Below, one piece after another: positions 23,501-37,099 of a DNA stretch of 64,000 nucleotides. Every line of letters starts with the position of its first letter. Position 1 is the first letter of the stretch. The notes under the pieces are model-generated. The model worked only from the letters and a program-made list of their open reading frames with translations. It was not told the origin of the DNA and did not search any database. Source of the stretch: Blasia pusilla (taxonomy: Eukaryota). A program made the translations under genes and the position numbers. Location: contig CM114271.1 of the NCBI GenBank assembly GCA_050084515.1, forward strand, positions 16,492,001-16,556,000, read 5' to 3'.

Positions 23501-26500
23501 ACACACCAGATATGAGGACATTAGTATAGGTAAACCTCACCAGAGTAGGGTTGACGTCATTACTCTTTGTCCTCAACTGGAGAAAGCCATATCTACAAAC
23601 AGAAGACTCTGGGGACCAATTCTCCACTGTAACGCACTCCAATATTTTTGGTCACTTATGGAGTGATGTTCTGAAGGAAGGCAAATAGACAGGTAGGAAT
23701 ATCATACACAATACAAAATTAAAGAACTTTCAACTATCAAATTGTGAGCTTCGGTCCTTGATTCTGATGGATCCAGACGCAAGCTATCCTCCAAACCATT
23801 CCTTTAAATCTCACTCTGGTGACTTTCAGGTGTGCCCAACCATGATGCACACTTAGTGTAGGCCCACAACTTCACTCCCGGTCCCTTAGATCTATGTCTT
23901 CAATTTCTCTTTCTTCAACAATGGTGCACATTAGTAAATAATACTATTCCATACTTTCAACAAACTTCCACCCTTTATCAGTTTAGGAGACGCTAACAGT
24001 ATAGCTCACCATATCCGCTGTTGCAGCTTTGATTGAATCCAATTTGGGATGACACGAGCGAACTTTCTACATCATTTTGTGAGGCAAAACTCTAACGTAA
24101 GTATTCCTCACAGGGGGCCTGCATTGAAAACACCGTTTGAACTGTAGATTCACAAAAGCGCCAAACATAAGAAGAAGTACCAAGAGTCTACTTGTAACAA
24201 ACGCATACCACAAACATCAAACTATTTCAAATTCTGCTGTGCGTGGTAGTAATGGCTACTAAGCTAATACTAACAAGTGGACGTTTGAGAACAGTATTGA
24301 GTCCTCACTTGTAGCATAGCATTAGCCTCAAAAAGCTCATACCCACGAATCCAATACATGTAGGTCAACTGTATACACAGAAGCATAAGTCAGATATACT
24401 CGACCCTGTTAGATTAAAGTAAAAGTCTACTGAAAGGTTTGACGCCCTAATCTGCTCAGATTCATGGTCTATTGGGTTCATACTAGTGGGTAAATAAACA
24501 CACTGCATTTATTCTATTACTGTATACGCACAAGATATCCCACAAATGGATTTATCTTACTCTACTTGTTACAAACCTTAATTTAGGCTCTTAATCCACT
24601 TCTATTCAACGAAACTCGGATAAGCAATCAGAGGACAGAAAACTGACCGCGACAGCAGGTGCTCTGCCAAGTCCGGCAGTGCAATGCACATATGCCGTTC
24701 CTTCATTCCTCTTTGTTGCTTTGTACAACTCAGCAACTACCTTTGGCAAGCGAAGACGTAGATCATATGGATCGAAATCTCTGCTCAAAAAAATCTGACG
24801 TTTTCAATGATCACCCCCTGACAAAATCCAAGCAGCAGCAAAAACCTCCTGAAGAGTATCATCTGTGTGTACAAGCGAAAAACAGAAGGCCTAAAGTAGC
24901 TCTCTGCAACTCTAAAAGGTTTGGAATGAATACCGTATTTGAGCCCTGATATGCTCAATTCCATCTAGCTCTTTAGCTCGCTCTTGGATGGCACAGATAT
25001 CCACTGAGAAATATCTAATCAGCCTAGTGAAGGATCTCTCCAACTGACAAAGAGGAAGGGAAAATGCCATGAAATTATACAAAACGGATAAACTTGTCAA
25101 CGTACTAGGTGGTGTATTATGGATTTCAGAGTGCAGCAATTACAGTATAACGACGTCATGAAAAGATTTTCGAACATTTTCATGCAAGAAATTCTCTAAA
25201 TAAGAGCGACTGTGATTCCTCGTGAAGAAAGTGAGATTAAAGGATACGCAAGATCTGGATCTTGTTGCAGGCAAAAGATCGTTCCCACTCCTGCTCCTTT
25301 CAGGCGATCCACATCTGATGGGGTCTGCACGTTTACTTGTAGGAGCTGAACTTAGTCAAGGGCATCCTTACGATTCTTGTAAAACCAAGCAGGCGAAATA
25401 CACTAACAGGTGGGCACACCACAGCAAGTCTGTGCTATGACGACTGTAGTAAACATTTCAAAATTCCCCATAAGAAAGTTGCTGGAGAATTCACTCACTT
25501 GTGGACAGGAACCAACAATTAAGTCCGGTAATACATGGGCGTAATTCATTCCAAGTTCATGCCTGTAGGTAAGACCTGCAAAAGGGGTAAATCACCCCAT
25601 TTTTCAGCTGTCGAGCGTCTGAGATCATCCTCGACCTAGTGTCGACTTGAAGTATCATGTGCAATATACTTACAAACGTTGTAATACACCAAAAGTTGCA
25701 GTCATGTGAACATTCACCGTTTACATCATAACAAACTGAGCGGGGGAAGTGCAGAAAAGCCGTGCAAAACTTCCTGCGGGAAGAACTTAAGTTGGACGCA
25801 ACGAGAAAACAAAGTGGAATGCGCCTCCAACATACGACGGTAAAGCGCACATCTCCGGAAATTGGCGCTATGTTAGCTACCTGAACCCATAGCCTGCTGC
25901 ATAGAATCAGAATACGTCTCTGTTTTCTTGGTAACGTCAGATTCCTCTGTCCTTCCGACACTTGCAGTGATCTGCAGCCCATGCGAACTCAAAAGCTCAG
26001 GCGTTCCCTAAATCATCCAATTTCTCTTTGCAAATACAGCGATCTGTCACAAAAAAACTATGAGAACTCAAACATTGCCTGGACTCCACATTGGGAAGAG
26101 CTTGGACCGGATGCGCCAGAGAATGAATGAACTCATTGACCTCAGGAATCCAAGGGAGCTATGGAACTTTGGAGAAACGTTTCTCGAGAGTAGGGCAATC
26201 AAGCTACTGCGGATACGTTGATACGGCAGGTTGGCACACAGACGATGGAATTGTGCTCAGCCAAGGAAATTTGTAGCCCTCAACACCCCTGAATGATGGG
26301 TCACATCCTATCTGAAACCCAGCAAACAAAAAAAATCTAGGTTCCGTTATCACTCCTGGAAGAAGAGAATAGAGAGGGACAGGCTCCGGACCTGCAGACT
26401 GAATCGTTTATCGGAGGGAATTGGTACATAAGTGTAGATGATAACATCCAGTAAGCTTCGGATTACACAAATTCGCCCAAATTCGAACCGGCGACAGACG

Positions 26501-27231
26501 TATTGATAAACAAGTCAGATGGAAAGGTTTGAATCACCAGAAGACGGGAAAAAGAAGAAGAAGAAGAAGAAGAAGAAAAACTCTGCGCATTCTTACAAGT
26601 CTTAGTATCTGTACCTATACCTTTCTCCCTGGAATCGCATCCTCTTGCTTTCTCACGCTTGATACTCCTTCAGCCACAATTGTCTCACCACACCACACCT
26701 CGGAATGCAGGCAAAAATTCCAGAAATCCCATCCAAACAATGACCGTGGACGAGCACAGCCAAATCATGAAGCAGAGAGCTGCTGCATATTCACAATGTG
26801 CTCACACCACACCCACCTGCATGCGAGGCAGTTGCAAGCCGTCGGCTCTAGTGTCGTGCCCCAACATTTTCAGCAATTGCGCAGACGACCAGCCTCCGTT
26901 GCTTTGAACGGATGCTATTTTCGCTTGTCCTTGAACTTTCCTGCATTCAAGCAGGTTAACAAACCATCAATCATCACCGCCGTTGCACTCCGAATCCCTC
27001 TCAATTCCACGCCAGAAATTCACTAATTCCCCAAAACCACCGCCAGCCACACTCCTCCCGGCAACAAGCATAACCAGAATCCACTCCAGAAATTCTCCCT
27101 CCGACCAGCCTGAGAGCAGAGGATCAAACAAACCTGCTTCCCACTAGAGCGAAACTCGCCACAGAAGGCCGCAGCGTCGTCGCAGCAGCACTCATGGAGC
27201 ACGCATTCGCGGCGGACGCGCTCATTGTCAT
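20517..27231 (-). CDS. SEX4: Phosphoglucan phosphatase (DSP4/SEX4 type: transit peptide, dual-specificity phosphatase, CBM48). Exons: 27231-27134 and 26940-26817 (tentative), 25971-25881, 25575-25499, 25324-25248, 25014-24934, 24780-24648, 24368-24309, 24066-24010, 23498-23403, 21444-21388, 20923-20816, 20636-20517
   Basis: Phase-consistent GT-AG exons encode [32 protein letters not shown], catalytic [30 protein letters not shown]; Ser/Ala-rich N-terminus; an additional small 5' exon near 26620-26700 is possible. Confidence 0.93.
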
Positions 27232-28134
27232 TGCTCCCTCCCTCACTCAATCAATTGAGCACACTCGCTCACGCACAGCCCCACGCAGAAAGCGAGCCAG
27301 CCAACGGATATCCCCGGCGGATGGCGCTACCTCAACAACGGCAATTCGCTCGCTCGTCCCTCGGAAGTCTTCCCAGCCTCTCTCTGCTGTCCTCCTGTTT
27401 CGGTCCACCTCTCTCGTCTTTATTTTGTTCGTTCCAGTAGGTGAGGGGGAACGCCACCCCCCACTCTCCCGTCCTCTTCTGAATCTCGCGCGGGATCCAT
27501 CATCCATCCCCCGACCGACAGCGTGATCGATCCTCCATGCGACGGCTATTGCTGCACCACGTGGGCCCTCTCCCTCGCTCCTCTTTCGCATCCCTTTCCT
27601 AGACGATTCACATGGGAGCGATTGCCTCCGTTTGGAGGCATATTTCCAGAATATTCGGAGTCCGTTCCGGCTAAAGACCGCCTCAAGGATATGGAGAACT
27701 CGCGAGTCGCGAGGACGTCTCTCTTCTCTTCCCGGGTCGGGAGGGCCGCCCTTCTTTTCCTTCCCCTCAACCTCCACCGTCGAGACCGGTCGCATATGCC
27801 GTCGGCGTAGCATTCCGTCCCTTCGCCAATTGTGTACAGTGGTAGTCAGGATAACTGCGGATCCGTCAGTCCAGCTGCTGCTTTCGGATAGGATGTCAGC
27901 ATTCACCCCTGGACTGTGTGGACAGCGCGAAATGCGTTCGCGAGGAATACCAAGTTGGACTAAACAAGTGTGTTGAGTTTAGTTTGTGAAGCGATTAAAT
28001 TAAAATTTATTTTTTTCAATCTCTCAAATATTTTTTTAATAAAGAAAAGGTGTTTGCAACTTAAGAAGACACTCTCCAATAATAACTAATAAGGGGCCCT
28101 GCGATGATGCAGGGATACAAAAATATCAATAAGA

Positions 28135-30850
28135 AATTTTTTATTTCCATGAAGTATTTCTTTATACATAACGTTGCTTGTGAAGAGTCCTTTATCATTT
28201 GAAAGCGCATCACTTCCTATTGTGATATGTATTGCATATTTTTTGTCCTACTCTCAACAATGCAACATATAATTCACCATCAGAAAAGACTCGTGTAGGT
28301 AGAAAAATTCCTATCTTTTTCAAGGTTTGACCTTGAGATTTATTGATAGTCATGGCAAAAGCGGGACGAATGAGAAATTCAAATCTACGTAAATCAAAAG
28401 GTAAACCTGAGTCTCACACAATCAATGGGATACGTGGAGTAAATACTCGATCACCAGTGTTCTTTTCTATAATGATTTCAGCATCAATGGCATGTTGCAT
28501 GAATCCACGAATCACCAAACGAGTTCGGTTGGCTTGTCCCTTTGAACCATTCAAATTCCGTAAAAGCATGATAAGTGCATCAATTTTCAAGGTTAAACGA
28601 TGTGGTGGTAAATTTGATGGTAAGCAAGTATTTAAGATTTCGGTCGGATAAATATAACTCATTCCCTCATCCGAAATAGTATCAACACTAAGGTAAGTGC
28701 GTTCTTACATAAAACAAAGATATGTCAATTAGAATATGATTTTAGTATTGATGCATAATACAATTAAAGAACACATGAGGAGAATGACATGAATATTACC
28801 TCTCCATAGAATTGAAACATGACTTCTGTATTGATGTCGTCAACATCTCGATTTTTGGTGTAAGAGTTGTTGTACCTCTTAAAGTTAATCTCACGAAACT
28901 TTTCAGAATCATTTCCGTAATGTCAATAAGATCATTGATTTTCTTACTTTCGGTCATCATATCACTTGGAAATTGTATGAAATCCTCTCCCAAATGAGCT
29001 TGCAAAGGCACACGACCCTCTCCAAACTCCAATAACCAATTTGCAAAATCTTGTTTTTGTACACGCATGTTCACTTTCAAATTTGGAACTCTCATATTGA
29101 TCGTTAGCTTCATTACCCTCACATGAGACCATAAAGTTAACCTCTTTAATGTAGCTTGAATATTTTTGGACGGTCTCCATGACGAACAACTTGCAAGACT
29201 TGGCGAAAATCCCCACGAAAGACTATTAATTTGCCACCAAACAGAATATTCCTCAAGTTTTCGGATACCACTCCCATGATATCTTGAAAGAATCGATTTA
29301 CAGTCTCAAATACATGGCGATGAGTCATAGGTGCCTCCCCCCATGTGATAAGCCAAGCCCTTTGAATCAAGCACGCAACTTCGCTATTAACACGTAGATT
29401 GCAAAAAAACGTACTCAAAGATATGAATATTTTTGGCAAGATAACTCTTTACCATGATAAAAGACTTACGAAGAAATGAATTGGTCATATTACTTACTTG
29501 CAAGTAGAATTTTCATCTACTTTGACATGAGTGCGCAGTGTGTCCTCCATCTAAGAGCAAAGCAACTATCCCCGATGAAGCAACAGCTAAAGCTATGCCT
29601 TCAACACCTCGTGCACTCGCAAGAAGAAGATTGTATAAGAAGGTTTTTCCACTTCCACCACGTCCGTCAATGAAGAACAAATTTGAACACGAATTAATAT
29701 CACCATGCAAGGATGTTTTCGAGTTTATCGTGAATAGCATCCCAAATCAACCGTTTTACATCATTCAAAGTTTCCTCTCCTAGCCTACCTCGTTCATGTA
29801 GGTCATCTCCATCATATTGGAGCTCTTCCGCTTCCAAATAGGAATATAAAGATGAAGCTTGGAAATCCGCTTAGGGCACATCGGGGAAATCGGATAATCG
29901 TTTTCCTTGATCTTGCAAATGGTAGTGGACTTCCAATAATGTCATGCAAATAATTAAGAATTTGGAGCAAGATCGAGTATCCCTGTTTTCTGCATAAAGG
30001 CTAAGATGGAAATCAAGTCCAAAAGCAAAATCAGAAAATAACAATTATTATCATTGAAATAGGATACACTATTACCTCACGTTGTTGATAGAGGACATCC
30101 TCAATGAGTGGGACCAAAAATTGACTCTATAGTTGAGCAGGTCGGGTTGGTGTGTTCTAAGCGAGAATAATAGCAAAGAGTGGACGCAATGCACGACCTG
30201 TATGGATTTTTTATGCTTCTTGAAAGCATGAGAATACTTCCCTATGATCCTCAAGAAGCCCTATTTGAATAGCAGCCTCCTCAAATGTTGGATATAACAC
30301 TTCGTGAACAGTTCTTACGTATTAATATGTAGTTGCGCCTCAAATATGATGAAGTAGCAACCACAACCAATGTCATTCTCCTTCATCTATATATCAAAAC
30401 TTGAATGCATTTGCTTAATACACCAAACATTGCAATGATCAAAACGATGCTTTTATATATATTTACATAATTTGTAAGTACATTGAGGAATTGGAAATAA
30501 AAGTACCTGGGTGAGTAAGATATAAGGGACCAATTGGATGCCCACAACCATTTCTCCTTTGAGTTCTATGAATCCATCTTTTTTTCTCCAACGATAATAG
30601 GAAGGAAACTTGTTATATAAATACTTTCGAGCCTCCAAATCCAAATGATTAGTTGCAAACCATTGTGTAAGAGTTGTCCCCCTCTTCCTTTGTAATATCT
30701 CTTGCATATTGTCATGCTCATTGAAGAAAATTCTTTGTAATTCAGATAGATGAACTGTCAGCCTTACGATACTTGGATGTTCTGCATGTAGGCTAAACTT
30801 GAACAATCTCCAACATGCTTCAGAAGAAGATACATATCTGTATATGATAC
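28135..30850 (-). pseudogene. Helitron Rep/PIF1-like helicase remnants
   Basis: [77 protein letters not shown]. Confidence 0.9.
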
Positions 30851-33800
30851 AAAAAATAGTCAAATATCATATGTTCAGAAAATGAAAACTTTGAGCTCCA
30901 ACATCACTAATCAATGATTTAAAAAATGGAGGACAACACCTTAAGATTGGGAGTTGCAATTTTCCATGACTACAACACATTCCAAAAGGTGAGTTCCGAT
31001 ACCTTTAACTCTTTACCTTTTCACACTTCCAATGTAGCATATAGCATGAAGGGAAAATTTATGTCATAGAATCAATAGTAAGACGCCCAATAACTTGGTT
31101 GATACCTCCTTGTAATATTAGCTTCTTTATATCACTCTCCTAGAAGTTCCTTATTCGTGCAATATTGAGTGAGATATTGACTCTTGAAGCTCATCTAACA
31201 TTATGACCTGGTGATCGAGCACTCTTAGTTGGAAGATTTAATCCATTCCCTATACTTGAGACGTATGAAGTGTAGGGATATTATTCATAAGGTCATCATC
31301 ATGTTGAGCAGAAGATACTTCCTCGATGACTATAGGCGTTACATGAGTGGATACCTCAAATATTTGAACAGTGGGGATATTTTTGGTAACGTCGTCATCT
31401 TGTTGAATATATGAGTCTTCCATAATAATCGCTACATTATTGATAGGTTGATCAACTTCAAGTACATATATATCCTCCATAGTGGGAAAATTAGTAATTC
31501 CATGTTGAGTCAAACGCCTACAAAAAAAGGGTAAGAATAATATCATGTAATTTTCATTAGAATCTGCCTCGTATATTTAATACACCAAATGTGAGAAAAT
31601 ACATACCTTCCAATATTATTTATCATGGAGGTAGAATTTTGGTCTATCATAGTGGATGGATCATCACCAAGATTGTGATGACTTCCTCCAACAACTTCTC
31701 TTCTTTTGTTGTAATCTCTATGATAGATTGCCTTTTTTTTGTTTCTTTAGAGCCAAAGTCTTGGCACAAATAATTCATTTTCATTTTTGTGCCTCTCCAC
31801 GTAAGACTTTACGAAAATACGAAAAGAGGTTGGACTTGATGGAATAGGAAGTCTGAGCAACCAATTTGCATGCTACAAATTTTGTACGAAACAAAACAAA
31901 TTTCCATAAGCAAGCTTCAAAAGCTAGAAAGGATTAGAATGGAAAATACGAGGTATCGGTAATATGCTTAATATACGTTGGGGGTGATTGAATGCGGACA
32001 AGAGGTTGTCGTTGTCTCCGATCTCCTATCATTTGATCACGAATGGCTCGATTTCTTTTTTGGCCCTCACCACGAAGCACTTTTCGATAATCTCGTAAAT
32101 CCATAGGATTTTCTAGAAGAGGGAGTCTATACAAAAAGGCCAACGCTACAATTATTTTAATAGTACATCGAAAATATACAATGAAACAAAGTCAACACCA
32201 CAACAACCAAAAGAGATTATCTAAAATTCGGTACGGTACGTCGGAGAAATTGAGATGGAGGTTGTAAGAGGTGCTTCCTCTCGGCGTAGGCAAAGTGGTA
32301 TATTCGTAATATCACAAAGTGCACAGTTCTCCATCGCACCAACCATATTTTGGACATATACAATAGATTAATCTTCTAAACACACATAAGAAAATTATCG
32401 GATTGTTATCAAAAATAATTCTAACAATAGAATTTGTAAACGCTAAAAGGAAGGGGATTGCAAAAAAGGCATAGAAATAGCGTAAAAATCACTTATGAAG
32501 AAAGGCAACTCGCTCATTAATTGAAGTTTAGCTCTTCTATTATGTTAATTTAGATCTTGTGTTACACGTGTCATCAACGGAGGAGGCCAAAATGTATACC
32601 GAAGGAAGGGGTCCTCAAACACAATCCTCTTTTTATATAGTTATGAAATAGAAAAAGGGGGAAAAAAGGGAAAATAATGGAGAAAAGAAAATTGAGAAAT
32701 TAGAAAAAAGGAGAAAAAGCAGAGAAAAAGGCAAGATTTTTTTAATAAATTGGAAGAAAGCTAAATCATAAATTATTTTCAGAGAAAATAAGAGAAAAAT
32801 AAATTTCAGGAAAATCGTGTGGAAAATATTTAAGAATTGAAAAAAAATATTGATCGGGAAAGAAAATAAGAAAGAGGGGGGAAAATAAGGGAAAATTGAA
32901 TTAATAAATATGAAAAATTAGGTCAAGAGAAGATAAAGAAGAAAAAATATAAATAAGTAGAAGGGAAAAAATGAGTAAAATTTTTTTGAGAAAAAAATAT
33001 TGGAAAAGGAGGCAAAAAAAAAAAAAAAGGGGGGGGCAAAAGGTCGAAAAAGATTGATTTAGCAACGTTGTCAGTTCATCTCGATCTGGACTGTTGGATC
33101 ACTGTGAGCCAGATCGAACGCACAGGATTGCAAGAGCTACCGTGACACTTAGATCTAGGTGGGCGAGATCAGATCGGTCCGATCTCACATAGTTTTTCCT
33201 ATTTTCGACCGTTGGATTGCAACCCCCAAAATCGCGCCGTCAGATCCTCTCCATCAGGACCGTTGGATCTTTGTCAGGCAGATCGGATGGACAGGGCTGA
33301 AGATGCATTTTGGACCGTTAAATTTGGATGGGCGAGATCGGACGGTCCGATCTCGCCTAGTGTGGCAGGTTTTCGACCGTTAGATCGGATCAGATGGACT
33401 AGGTTTATTACTTAGCCCCGATTGTTAGATCTAGGGCGGAAAGATTGGACAACTTGATCTCGCCCAGTGTGGCTGGTTTTCGACCGCCGATTTGCAGACT
33501 CTGAGATCGGGCCCCTAAACCCGATCTCGGCCTCGGGCAGAACGCGCCTCCCTCCGTATTCGTGGCCCTTGGCGAGGAATGAGGAGGTCGGGCTCGCCTC
33601 GGACGCTCCTCACTTTCCCCTCGCATCTTTACTATCTCCTGCCCCATTCGGTGCCTCACCTTGCTCGCTCGCGGCTGTTTTTGCTCCTCGCTACCTCGCC
33701 TCCGACGCCTTGCTACTGCCTTTTCACTCACGGTTGCCTCGCCTTGCAGCTGCCTTTCTTCGTGGCTATTTTTGCTCATGGCTGCCTCGCCTCGTTGTTG

Positions 33801-34415
33801 CCTTTTTCTCATGGCTACCTTGCCTTGTTGCTGCCTCTTTGCTTGCGACTGCCTTGCCTTGCTACAGTCTTGCCTCACTCATAGTCGCCTTGCTCCCGGC
33901 TGCTCTATCCAACCTTGGTTGGCGCCCCGCTCTTGGCTATTCGACCCTTCCTTGCTTTCCTAATGCTCGAGGTTGTGGGACCCGCCGTGATAACGTTTGG
34001 GCATGTATGTCGAGCTACAGCCGGCGGCGGCTTGACCTGGGCTTGGTTGTTTTGGACTCTTGTTGTGCTTTTGGGTTTTGGTCTGGGTCACTTCCCTTTG
34101 GCATCACCTTGCTCCACTCTGCCTTTGAATTTTGCCTTCTGAGACAGCCGTGAGCTCTGGATCTCGCTACGGATCTTGGCCTCTTGCTTCACTTGCATCT
34201 GGCATCCTTAGACAATTGTGAGCTCTAGATCTCGCTCTGGATCTCGCTTAAGATCTTGCTCCATATTTTGGCCTCTTTCTTCTCCGAGGCCTTCGTCTTG
34301 CCATGGTTGCATTATTGCTTGCTCAGATGGCGCTAGCCCGCTGCTGCTCGCCTTGGACGTTGTGCTCGTGTTGTTGCGTGAAATCGCACTCACCATTTGC
34401 ACCTCCTGTTGCTTG

Positions 34416-34564
34416 TATTTGAGCATTTGCTCACTTGGTGTAGTAGCCCCGCGGCTTTTTTCTCTTCTCTTCACTTGATGCAAGAGTCCGTATTTGAGCA
34501 TTTGCTCACTTGGTGTAGTAGCCCCACGGCTTTTTTCTCTTCTCTTCACTCGATGCAAGAGTCC
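34416..34564. repeat. Tandem duplication, ~74 bp x2
   Basis: GTATTTGAGCATTTGCTCACTTGGTGTAGTAGCCCC...GATGCAAGAGTCC repeated. Confidence 0.85.
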
Positions 34565-36485
34565 CGCATCATACTTTTTGGACTTGGGCTCTTAGGCTTT
34601 TAATGTTTTTGTTGTATTTCGTACAGGCCTTGGGAGATTTTTTTCTATATGGTATGGGTTTGTTGTTGTGGGATGGCACTCTAGACTTTGATGCCAATGT
34701 CTCCTTGCAATCTGGGCTTGGAAATGCCTCTCACACAACCCAATGAGTGGGTCGGAAGAGAAAGCGTTGGGTGGGTTGGAAGAATGCAGGTCTGCATGGT
34801 TGATGGGCAGAGTTGGGATATTCCTACCCGCCGAGTAGAATCTAGTGGGGTGGTCGAGTGCATTGTGGGGGCGGGGATCACAACTTCTTTAGAGTGCAGA
34901 GAAGAAGCATGATATGAAAGCAGATAGATTACATATAGTGCAAGCTTTACATCATACACCTTACATTGTAATTTTGAAGGCAACATTGATATGCATTGAT
35001 CTTTTTCTCTTCACAACTACCCTGGGACGCAAATTTTGCCTATATATGTTCGTACTTCTAGATGATTCCTCTTGAAGGTGCTCTTCACACGTACCCTTCA
35101 TATCTTGGAGGCTTTTGACACGTTCTGGGATGTACTCTTATGAGCTTTCAGTGTGTTGTCTCTTGTTGCTTTCCTTGTGATCCTTATTCATAAATCGCTT
35201 TGATTTAGCCCTCCGTCCATACTCGAGCGATTGGACATGCATCTTTTGGCCGCTGTCTCGCTCAGTCAAGGGAGGTTCTAAGGAGGGAATTGAATCCCTT
35301 TTCGCGTCGCCAAAGTCGGGTTCGCTGTCGTAACCCAACTTAGTCCCCCATTATGGGATGACTCAGCTTTCAACTTTTGGACTCGACTCCAACATGATCG
35401 CATCTTTGTGTGTGATCGAAGACCACGACTATCTATTTGAAGGTTTAGTATCCGCAAGTTTAACCCCATAGAATTTTTTTAGAGCTACACGGGTGAGTTA
35501 TTTTGTTTCCCTTTGCTTGTGTCGACTTCATAGTTGTACGCCTTATGGTCATAGTTCACCTTTTTCTACGCAGCTCGGTACAATGAAGTAAGTTAGTTCC
35601 TTTCCTGTTTTGCAGGTTTGTAGATTGAGAAAGCTAAAGGAGAGTTGCAAAAGTGTGGAAAAGTTGAATGAGAGCAGTAGAAGTGGGGATTGAATAGAAC
35701 GAGATAGGAACTTACGATGTCGATTGGTATCTAGTCCTTTCTTCCAATATAGACTTGCAAACATGTAAAAACTCCATGAATATTAAGTAGATTATGGGTG
35801 TAACCCCTGCACAACTTAAGAGTTGCATCTAGCAAAAAAGTGTAGCTCTCATTAGTATGAAGCGTCTAAACAAAAGTGTAGCTATGAATAGTATGAAGCG
35901 TCTAAACAATGCACCACTGCACATTTGTATGCCATATTCATGTTGCAATAGAAACATGGAAGTCCAAGCCTAAACCTCTTCATAATGTGATGCGACAATG
36001 TTTTGAGAATGAAAACTCTTTAAATAGTACATTTTTCAAAACCCCCTAACTCTAAATTCAAATAAGATCTGGACACGTTTGAAATCTCAATTGTCTATCA
36101 CCACTCCATAATTTGATGTTAATTGCAAAACGGAAAAATGGCTTAAGGTTAATGGGAAAACGACACGATTTGGTGTTAATTGAAAAACGGAAAAATGGCT
36201 TAAGGTTAATGGGAAAAAGTGTTGATTAAGATTAGTGGCAAAACTCTATGTACGGAAACCAAAACACGTGTTTACTCTAAAATTCGATCCAAGAACTATG
36301 TATATGTGAACGACACGTGTCGTGCAAGGAGCATCAGTTGAGGTACACATGTTGTGCATTGGGCCTCTCTAAGTGGACATGTGTCATGCCGGGAAACCTT
36401 TATAGAAGACCGTGAACTCTTTTAATAGTATAGATATAGATATAGCACACAAATATGAAAAATGGCCACAACTTAAACTGCTAGT

Positions 36486-36487
<2 letters not shown>

Positions 36488-36528
<41 letters not shown>
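36488..36528. repeat. (TA)n microsatellite
   Basis: Direct reading. Confidence 0.95.
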
Positions 36529-36531
<3 letters not shown>

Positions 36532-37002
36532 TAATTGGGGACCCCATATGCATACTACGACAAGATAGTGAGAAAAAAGGACAAAATAGGCAACATATTT
36601 GAATTTTGTTGTTTGAGCCATAGTAGATGGGTAGAAATAGATAGGGATAGAGAAAATGGATAGGGATTTGAGAGGAATAGAAAGAAAAAAATCATCAAAT
36701 AAGAATTTATTTAATATTATAAGGGGTGATTATAAATATTGATACATGAATTGCTTCGGTTGCAACAAGATTCATTGTGTAGTTGTGCCCCACTACTCTC
36801 CATTTGACTTGATACCTATTGAATTGGCTCAACCATAGTGGCGTCCATCCTATCCAGTAAGCAACGTCTATTTTCATGGGATGCCATCTTCTAAGGGAAA
36901 AAATAGATTAGAAAAAAACCAGAATTGGAATATTAATGCAAATTATTGCTGGCCAAAAGGTCATTAAGAGCAAATTTCCCTCATATACGGAGATGATTGA
37001 TG

Positions 37003-37004
<2 letters not shown>

Positions 37005-37071
<67 letters not shown>
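37005..37071. repeat. (TA)n microsatellite
   Basis: Direct reading. Confidence 0.95.
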
Positions 37072-37074
<3 letters not shown>

Positions 37075-37099
37075 TCTAGAAAGCATAACGTAAACCAAC

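Larger units (their letters stand above)
28086..36440 (-). mobile_element. Helitron (~8.35 kb) with both termini, degenerate RepHel
   Basis: 5' end A|TCTATATCTATACTATTAAAAG at 36440; 3' hairpin 28097-28114 followed by TTAG|T at 28086; helicase motifs inside. Confidence 0.8.

Noticed and set aside
27247-27976. ORFs upstream of SEX4 (up to 219 aa)
   Set aside because: GC-rich promoter/5' UTR region with no domain similarity
33408-34153. Long overlapping ORFs (156-228 aa)
   Set aside because: Low-complexity GC-rich sequence with no recognisable domain; probably spurious
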